Source of the DNA: Octopus sinensis
Lineage: Eukaryota
Direction: 5' to 3'
NCBI RefSeq assembly: GCF_006345805.1
Contig: NC_043009.1
Location: 69,998,001-70,062,000 of the forward strand
DNA: 64,000 nt
Shown here: piece after piece, positions 55,116 through 64,000 of the stretch
Numbering within the stretch: the stretch's first letter is position 1
Layout: each line of letters opens with the position of its first letter
Program-made: the position numbers and the translations under genes
Notes under the pieces: model-generated
Database searches by the model: none
Told to the model about the DNA's origin: nothing
What the model saw: only the letters and a program-made list of their open reading frames with translations

Positions 55116-55126
55116 CTGTGAAAGGA

Positions 55127-55345
55127 AGTGGCCAAGTGGTTAGGCTGTTGCACTCATGATCGCTGGTTCGTAGGTTCAATTCCAAGACCGGGCATTTCAC
55201 GTTGCTCCAGTCCCTTTCGACCAAGGGGGAATGTTGGCATAGTTGCCTTACCAGCAAGGTGCCCTCATTTGATCGCTGAAACATTGCAAGGCACACTGAG
55301 ACCCAGCGGTGTGTAACAGCATCTGAGAGTCCTGTCGGTCACGTG
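55127..55345 (+). mobile_element. SINE related to family D, degraded
   Basis: GTGGCCAAGTGGTTAGG..GGTTCAATTCCAAGACCGGGC..TTTCACGTTGCTCCAGT is shared with the 62663 copy; the 3' part differs. Confidence 0.7.
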
Positions 55346-55378
55346 ATCTCGGGATGTATATATATATATACGTATAAG

Positions 55379-55562
55379 ATTATAATTTGGGGATATCTAA
55401 GAGATACCTCCACGCTGGAAATAGCAGTCAAAACTTGACTCTAAAACCACATTAAATGTTCATACAGCACCAGGAGAGAAGAACATTTGATGTGGTTTTA
55501 GAGTCATGTTTTGACTGCTATTTCCAACGTGAAGGTATCTCTTAGATACCCGAATTTATAAT
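55379..55562. repeat. Fold-back inverted repeat (about 82-bp arms, 19-nt loop)
   Basis: TATCTAAGAGATACC...ACATTAAATGTTC pairs with GAACATTTGATGT...GGTATCTCTTAGATA, with four mismatches in the inner about 68 bp. Confidence 0.95.
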
Positions 55563-55643
55563 TTTAAATAATTATTACTTTTGAATGGTTTTTATTCTCA
55601 TGCTGGCCACCTGATAAGATTGGTATTTAAATATCGATCTTAT

Positions 55644-55699
<56 letters not shown>

Positions 55700-55822
55700 C
55701 ATTTTATTTTTGGCAAATGTAGATGCATTGAATCTTCAGGCAAGTTTCCTGAAAATTCGTTGCAGCTATATGTTAAATCAAAGTATCAAGAGACTGACTT
55801 GACGAAAAGAAAATACTGTATG

Positions 55823-55882
<60 letters not shown>

Positions 55883-55984
55883 AAGAGAGAGGGAGAGAGA
55901 GAGGGAGAGAGAAAGCGAGAGAGATGCAGATATCTATGCACGTATGTATGTGAATATAGGCATATATATGAATGTATATATAAG

Positions 55985-56138
55985 GTGTGGCTGTGTGGTA
56001 AGAAGTTTGCTTCCCAACCACATGGTTCCGGGTTCAGTCCCACTGCGTGGCAACTTAGTCAGATGTCTTCTACTATAGCCTCAGGCCGACCTAAGCCTTG
56101 TGACTGGATTTGATAAACGTAAACTGAAAGAAGCCCGT

Positions 56139-56207
<69 letters not shown>

Positions 56208-56420
56208 TGTGTGTGCGTGTGCGTGCATGTGTGTTTGTTCACCCTCCGTCGCTTGGCAACCGATGTTGGTCTGTTTACGTCGCCGAAACTTAGCGGTTCG
56301 GCAAAAGAAACCGATAGAATAACTACTAGGCTTACAAAGAATGTTCTGGGGTCGATTTGTTAAACTAAAGGCGGTGCTTCAGCATGGCCGCAGTCAAATG
56401 ACTGAAACAAGTAAAAGAAT
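55985..56420 (+). mobile_element. SINE family B, near full length
   Basis: Head, CORE-like segment, internal microsatellite and tail are all present. Confidence 0.92.
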
Positions 56421-56769
56421 ATATACATATTATGTATGGCCCTAGGTATGTATGTTTGTGGGCTTGTGAATGCGTATACATACGTACAAGTATATACAAG
56501 CACTTAAACACGTCACACTCACATCCATTTGCATTTTTGACTTGTAAATGCTGATGGCAGAATACGAATTATATAATATTGGTTTGTTAGGTTTATAATC
56601 CTCAACGGATTTGTGAATATTGGAGATAAACAAAGCCTCGTTCACCCAGATAATTGGCTGTTTATTCTGACATGCATAAAAACACACACACAGATGTACA
56701 TGTGCGTTTAGATGCTCATACACATACTTGCATGCGTATATGTACACACACACATACATACAAACATAT

Positions 56770-56856
56770 TGTTCGACTAAAACCCCTTAAGATGGTGATC
56801 CAGCATGGCCACAGTCAAAATGCCTGAAACAAGGAAACGAATGAAGAATAAAAGAA
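56770..56856 (+). mobile_element. SINE family B tail remnant
   Basis: TGTTCGACTAAA..CCAGCATGGCCACAGTCAAAATGCCTGAAACAAG. Confidence 0.7.
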
Positions 56857-56921
56857 TATATATTCATGTATATACATGTGTATACGTGTCTGTAGATATA
56901 TGTTTGTCGTGTGTGTGTGTG

Positions 56922-56955
<34 letters not shown>

Positions 56956-57844
56956 CTTGCGTGTGTGCGTGTATACATACAAAACGTAGACCAGGATGCC
57001 ATTATCTTCTGAGTAGAAGTCAAAACCTTTTCCTATTTTGTATTTCTTTTGTGCGTTTGTTCTTTTATTTGCGTCCCTATTTTAATTAATATTTCCAATT
57101 ATTCTTGGCTGACTTATGTTGCTGGGTCTTTTTACTTACTCATTTATTTATTTATTTTTGTTTCACATATGAATAATTCGTTTCTCTTTACTGATGGAAA
57201 AGAAGATTTATCTTAATTTCATCTTTATGTCGGGAGTCTTGTTACTTATTTTACATCGGAATTGCACGGCCTCAGTGATATACTTGCACCCGTCCTCTCA
57301 TTGGTTGCTTGCATGTCCTACGGTGCCGAGAAGATGCAGGCATCACTTGATACCGAACAAGCATCACAAGGAGCTTTATGATACGTATGTAACAGTTTCT
57401 TGGTTATCTCGCCGGCTCCTACAACGTTTGGCCAAACACATTACCGAAATTCACCCATACAGTAGCCCCGTCCTTATGCGCTTCCTTGAGCATTTGTCTT
57501 CCAACCGCCTTTTAAAAGTATCCTGAAAACTCATTTTATGTTATGCTGTTTAGTTACATATACTGTTTATTGGTCAATTATTCAAAGTATCCATTTTTCT
57601 AAGTGATATGATGTAATTTGGGAAAGAGTTGGTTGGTTTTAAAATAACCGCAATTAGGCTGCCTTCTGCAAATTAAGAAGTAAGAATAAAACTAAGAATC
57701 GTTCCTAAACTTCTGGATGCCTATGGAGGAGGCCTTAACAGCTTGCTCTATCGCAGTAGATTTTTATAGTTTACTCGAATTTCATTAACATTCTGCTTTT
57801 ATATTGAAGCTGTACAAAACATTTCTTTATGGAACAGTAGTAAA

Positions 57845-58060
57845 GTACGGGAATTGAACTCGGAACGTAAAATGCAGAAGAAATCCATGCGTTTACCGAT
57901 TCATGAGATGTTCTGACAATTATGCAAATCAACGGCTCCGCTGAGGGATCAGAACCTTATCGATCTGAATGTTTAAAAGGCACAAGTGACCTCGGTAGGG
58001 AAACGGAACAATTACTGCAAGACATTCCTTCATCCAAAGCTCTAATAATTCTGCCAATTC
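57845..58060 (-). mobile_element. Two highly degraded SINE family A remnants
   Basis: GGAATTGAACTCGGAACGTAA, AAAGGCACAAGTGACCTCGG and AATTCTGCCAATTC. Confidence 0.5.
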
Positions 58061-58867
58061 CCTGTTGAGCAAATAATCGATACTAAGAACACATCAGACG
58101 GTTGCAAAATTCAAAGAAGGCGGGATTGGAGAGAGAATCGATGATGTGTTTATAATGAAGGATAAAACTGTGATGGAGATGCAACTGGACTGGGCAAATT
58201 TTGATGGTTAATCAAGCGAGTCTTATCGTTTTGTAAAGCCTCAGGTAAGCTCTAGATTATCATCAAAGGACACTATCCGCCACACTACGGTTTTTTTTTC
58301 TCGAGACCAGGGAACCTAAAACAAGAATATTCCACATGTCGTATCCTACGAGGTTTCAGTGTGATTGGAATGTGATTTGGTTGTTGTTTCTGGCAATTGT
58401 AGGGACCATGCAGACGTTCTGACATCAAATATGGAGGTGATACACGGTGGGGTGCTTCATGATCAAAGGGATATAGTGGCGACTATAGAAGCAGAAGTAG
58501 TAGTAGTAGTAGTGTTAATGCTAGTAGTAGTAATAGTAGTAGTAGTAGTGTTAATGTTAGTAGTAGTAGTAGTGACATTGGTTCTGGTAGCGATTGTGGT
58601 AGGGGTTATAGTGATGATCTCGATGATAGTGGTTGAATTAGGCACGTCCTAGCTTCAGACCGGTCAATTTACATGGGAGACAACTCCTTTTACGTAAAAT
58701 GGTTGACGACCAGTAACCGAGTGGCCAAACACTTGTGTACTTACAATACGGAGAACAATTTATCTTGTGGGAGTCAACATTTTATATATACATACATATA
58801 CGATACAAGAGAGATAAATAAGTACTTATATTAAAAACTGTATATGTGCATACACACACACACACAC

Positions 58868-58912
<45 letters not shown>

Positions 58913-61218
58913 AACACTCACGTATGTATGCATATATATAATAATAATTGAAAATCTCAAAAAAAAAGCTGAATGATATCAATCGTTTGCAAAGAAGTGT
59001 TTGTGGTATGTAAGTGCTTTGTCGTTTTGCGTCTTCTCAAACACACACGTTGTGGAGGTAATCTGTATAGAAGTTCTATTTAGTAGGATTATTGCTTCCG
59101 TTTTAGTTTCGGATTTAGAATTCTTACAACGTATTTTTTAGTTACCTTTATAAATTGATCATGCTATAACAAAGTCTTTCTTAAAAATAAGCCTTCAGAT
59201 TGGGGGCAAAATGACAAAATAGCATAATTATATTTGTAGTGACCTATAATCCTAGAATCTGTAACGTTTAACAGTAGGTCGAACGATACCTTTCAATTCT
59301 ACATTAATCATCAAATCTCAGAAAATCTATCAAAGAATTATAAACTATCAACGACAGAATTTTATAAGATTCTTAATAAAAGGGAAATTTACATCAGAAA
59401 AAGAAATAATGCAAGAAAATCTCAGATGACGCTAGCCCCATCAAGGAAGAGCATGAAGGAAAGCGAACCGAGACCACAAATAAGAAAAAAATGCTACTAA
59501 CAATTTCTTTCGGGAAGAGGACCCCATAACACGTTTGAAAAGCTGTTCATAGCGAAATCATTGCAAACACTTCTTTTCTAAAATGAAGATATTTTATATA
59601 ATCAATGATTATTAAATTGATAACAATTCTTTCTAAAAAGCATCATATATGCATGTGTGTGTGCCTATGTGTCAGTGTATGTGTGTGTGTATGTACGGAA
59701 ATCGCATCGAATATTTTCGATAAATTGGAATCCAACATTAAAACTGTTTTCGGGGCAGAGAAATTGTCATAAAATACGACAAGAATCCAGAAATAGAAGT
59801 TTTACGTCAAAACTTTGTCGTAAATACAATTTAATAAAGGAAAAAATATTGGCGGTTTATGTAGAAAAAAAACCGAGCGAAACTTCTACCAAGCTGTCAC
59901 CTCCTTCACTTATAAATATTCCATAAGGTTTTCATTTCCAGAACTGTCGACAACATGACTATTGCATTACTTAGAGTTTTATAATTATTTTCAAGGAGGA
60001 TTTTATTTTTTTAACTTAACGATTTTCATTTGTTTACTTGTTGATTTTTTGGCTATGTTCTTGTTACTATTTATGTTTTTTTTATTTATAGAGTTTTGCT
60101 TATATTTCTTCGCAGAATATATGCGTTTAGCTTGAAAGTTTGATGCAATGAAATGGTTATAAGTTGAGTCAACTCTCACTTCCTCACAGCAAAGGATATC
60201 GAAGAAAAATGACAACCGAGTTGACTTCTTGGATAGAGTGTCACCGTGAGATTTGAAATAGCAAGCATGTTATTTTAAAAGTAACAACTATAAATTGAAA
60301 GAAGAAATACAGAAAAGAAAAACAAAAACAAGAAAGGCTACAAAAAAAAAAATGAAAATTCTAACATATTCAGCTTCTTCAGACACATGAAACTTTGGAA
60401 TGCTGTACCTTTTGACTTCCGTCTTTATAAATATCATTTAGATAAATTCTTCTTGAATTTGTATGTGCATATATCTCTGCGCACGTACACACACACAAAC
60501 ACACACACGTACATGCATAATTGTATATGCACATTTATACATACATACATATGTAATTTGCGTCTAAAATTTCTATATCGCAGGTAATGTTTCTTGTACG
60601 CCATATTTACCCGAAAACAACGCAAATATATTCAGATTCCTAAAACGTTTCCTTCATTCTTCAACTCGTTTGTATATCATCATAAAACATATACCACCGA
60701 TGTCACTTTTGCTTTTTATCACAAGGTCGATGAGTAAAGTACCAGTAATGTACTGGTGTACATTACTCTCCCTCTTTCCCTCTCTGCTTCTCTTCCCTCC
60801 CCCGTTCCCAAACCCGATCAATTATATTCTGTCCAAAGTCGATCCCACATTTGAAAAGGTTGCGTTGTTAAAATAAACGATTGCACTCGAAAATTAACAT
60901 TACATTGACATTCGCTATCATCATCATCGCTATTATTATAATATATACACATCTATACGTATATAGATATAAATATATATATAGATATGTGTATGTATAT
61001 GATATATATATATATATGGAGAGAGAGAGAGAGAGAGAGAGACGCGCTGGAGTGATTGTGTGGTAAGAAGCTTGCTTCTTACCACATGGTTCCAGATTCA
61101 GTCCCACTGGGTAGCACCTTGGACAAGTGTCTTCTACTATAGCCTCCAGCCGACCAGAGCCTTGTGAGTGGATTTGGTAAATGGAAACTGTAAAAAGCCC
61201 GTTGTATATATATATATA

Positions 61219-61421
61219 GTTAATCCAAACATGAACAAAGAGAAAACACAACAACGCGAGGACATGGAACAAGTATAGTGTTATTGGACGCTCAGGAAAA
61301 GAAAGAAAGAAGGAGGATTTAACGTTTCGAGCGGAGCTCTTCGTCAGAAATATAGAAAAAGTAAAGGTCCAAGGAAGGGAAGACGGAGAAAGAAAATCGT
61401 CAACGATACACACGCGGTCAC
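61219..61421 (-). mobile_element. About 200-bp dispersed element (family C), Penelope/retrozyme-like
   Basis: Homologous to 21313-21515, sits beside a (TA)n tract and carries a hammerhead motif. Confidence 0.7.
61317..61351 (-). ncRNA. Minimal type I hammerhead ribozyme-like motif
   Basis: Minus strand AUUU-CUGACGA-A-GAGC-UCC-GCUC-GAAA-CG-UU-AAAU: core boxes, a 4-bp stem II, palindromic ACGU in place of stem III and a 4-bp stem I. Confidence 0.6.
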
Positions 61422-62662
61422 CGCTTCACAATCGATGCTGGTGTGTTTACGTCTCCGTAACTTAGCGGTTCAGCAAAAAAAAAACCGACAGAATAAGTGC
61501 TAAGCTTACAAAGAATAAGTTCTGGGGTCGGTTTGTTCGACTAAAGGCGGTGCTCCAGCGTGGCCGCAGTCAAATGATTGAAACAAGTAAAAGAATAAAA
61601 GAATATATACATATGTTGAAATACGTATAGTAAATGCACAGGCGAACGGAAAATAGACACACAAGGTCCTCAACTCCTCATCTGTTTGGCCAGAGGGTCA
61701 GAAGCAATTTCGCGCCTTTAACGATAATACTCTTCCCAGGAAATGAAACCAAAGCATAACAGAACGAAAACGGACAAATAATAAATGGATAACCAAGCAA
61801 TACAGCGGTAGACATACGATAATGAGTAAATGTAATTCAAGACGAGGCCGTTAGTAGACGGACAAGGTACAAAAACGAAATAAATAAACAAAATATAGTC
61901 TTAGGGCTTGACGAAGACGAAGGTGTGTGTAATGCGAAGAGGGAAACCCTACAAGCTTAGAAACAGAAGGACAACAGACAGCAAAACATGTTGAAATGGA
62001 GACAAGAGAAATTACGACCGGTTGCTTCAGCGGGCGACGGGAAAAAGAAGGGAAAAAGAATGAAAAAAGGATACTATGGGTCACGTGTCGATCGTAGGAA
62101 CGAGAAAAGTGGTAGCGGGTGAGAGAAACACATACACACATATATATGTAGCACACATCTATTCACATATAAATACACATGTATTTGCATATACCAGGTG
62201 GAGGACAGATTTCCCAGTAACTGTTGAACAGATCCTGTTCAGAACTGGAACAAGAATTCTAATCTGGTCGCCTGATGTTTTACCACAGAGTTTTCCTGAC
62301 TGCTGCCAGTCAATAACATTTAACACTCTATGGTTCTACTCGTTTGTTCTTCAATAGTATTAGTGTATATCTATTTGTCTGTATACACACACACTGAAAT
62401 ATGCTTGCAAGTATGTGTGTGGGTGTGCCTTATTGTTAGGGACTAAGGTCTCATGCGTCAATGTCACGAGTTCAAATTCCAGACGCTCTATATTTTGCGT
62501 TCGTAGGTGATGCATTTAGTTTCGTGGAGGCTGAAAAATTGTAGCAACAGCAACAATGGTGTGTAAACGATTCGCAAGAATTTTAAACTCCACTCCCACA
62601 TGCATATGCATACATATATGTATATATATATATATATTATCACCTAATTCATATATATATAT

Positions 62663-62990
62663 ATGGCTCAGTTGTTAGAGCGTCGAGCTTACGATCGTGA
62701 GGTTGTGAGCTCGAATCCCGGACCGGGCTGCGTGTTGTGTTCTTGAGCAAGACATTTTATTTCACGTTGCTCCAGTTCACTCAGCTGTAGAAATGAGTTG
62801 CGACGTCACTGGTGCCAAGCTGTATCGACCTTTGTCTTTCCCTTCGATAACACTGGTGGCGTGGAGAGGGGAGGCTGGTATGCATGGGCGACTGCTGGCC
62901 TTCCATAAACAACCTTGCCCGGACTTGTGTCTAGGAGGGTAAGTTTCTAGGTGCAATCCCATGGTCATTCATGACCGAAGGGGGTCTTAA
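62663..62990 (+). mobile_element. tRNA-derived SINE family D, full length
   Basis: A box TGGCTCAGTTGTTAG, B box GCTCGAATCC and CORE-like GTGTTCTTGAGCAAGACA; flanked by (TA)n. Confidence 0.9.
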
Positions 62991-64000
62991 ACTCTTAAAT
63001 ATATATATATATATATATATGCTCACTGGCAGAAGTATATAACTAAAAACGTAAGCAGATGTTTATACAACCATAACTTCATAAAAATTCCTTCAAATGT
63101 TTAAGATTATCATAAAGAACTAATTGTTTTTGTACAATTTTAATTTATGAAGAAAAGTTTTTATATAAATGTGTGTGTGTGTGCCTGTTTGTGCGCATTT
63201 GTGTGTATATATATATATATGTGTGTGTGTGTGTATGTAGTGAACTTTGCAGTCTAATGTAGAACGTTTGAAGGAAGCGATGTTCTAGTTGTCGTTGTAT
63301 CATTGACTTGTCATGAAATGGAATATGGTACACAGCTTCGCATGGAATACAGTAGAAGGCAGCATTGGTGCGAGACGCTTGGCAAAATAGCTGCTGTTGT
63401 TGATGCTGCTGCTGCTGCTGAAATTGATGATGAATGTCATGATGATGATGATGATGATGATGATGAGCGGAGAGTAACGGATGTTACTGCTGTTGCTGTC
63501 GCTGTTGAAGCTTCTGCTGCTTTTGTTGTTGCTGTTGTTGTTGTTGTAAGTGGTGGCATTCCGAAAGTGATATTTCATATTCGAATTAATTAGACAGGCG
63601 GCCAACATGAAAGAGTTTTAAAATCCTCGACCACGTGACCGTAGAAAATGTTAAACCTCTTTAATTAGATTTATTAATTTAGTAGACAGCTTCATATGCA
63701 AATTGGCGTATGCATGATTGGTAGTTAAACGGTAGAAAGAATAGAAGCTGGACCATATAAAGTGAAAGGGGTTGTATATAAAAGTTGTGCTGAATTGCAG
63801 TGTAGCTTGATTAATAAACTCCGAAGTGGTCATTGTGCTATGTCCTGAAGGCTACTTTATGAATCGAGTTCCGTTGGCAAAGTATTTTATACACGGAATT
63901 TGGGAATTCATATCATGATTAAATTAACATATTTACAGAGCGAGGATGTTAAGGCAATTTTGATGGCATTAGAAGGAATTTGATGAGGCTACAATGGGTT

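Larger units (their letters stand above)
61043..61604 (+). mobile_element. SINE family B, interrupted by a family C element
   Basis: Head and core at 61043-61204, tail resuming at about 61420; foreign sequence lies where the internal microsatellite normally sits. Confidence 0.9.

Noticed and set aside
62663-62735. tRNA-like sequence
   Set aside because: It is a SINE head: it continues into a SINE body, lacks a proper acceptor stem and recurs at 20921-20976.

Overview
AT-rich, microsatellite-saturated eukaryotic DNA. The SINE families and LINE fragments point to an octopus (coleoid cephalopod) genome; this is an inference from repeat content. I find no convincing host protein-coding exon, so the window reads as intergenic DNA or one very large intron. 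Almost every ORF in the track is a translated (TG)n/(TA)n/(GA)n/(TATC)n tract. The recognisable coding remnants are dead LINE fragments (CR1-like, RTE-like, Tx1/L1-like, R4/Dong-like). There are at least four tRNA-derived SINE families, one old unclassified repeat family and Helentron-type non-autonomous remnants. Four things stand out. (1) A ~200-bp dispersed element, in two diverged copies, carries a minimal Penelope/retrozyme-type hammerhead ribozyme motif. (2) Local fold-back inverted duplications form an apparent age series, from a 196-bp palindrome with one mismatch down to heavily decayed ones; with a tail-to-tail SINE pair, these are potential dsRNA/ADAR substrates. (3) There is a pre-miRNA-like hairpin. 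(4) A 1.15-kb tandem duplication differs between copies only by indels and may be an assembly artefact. All alignments and identities were judged by eye.
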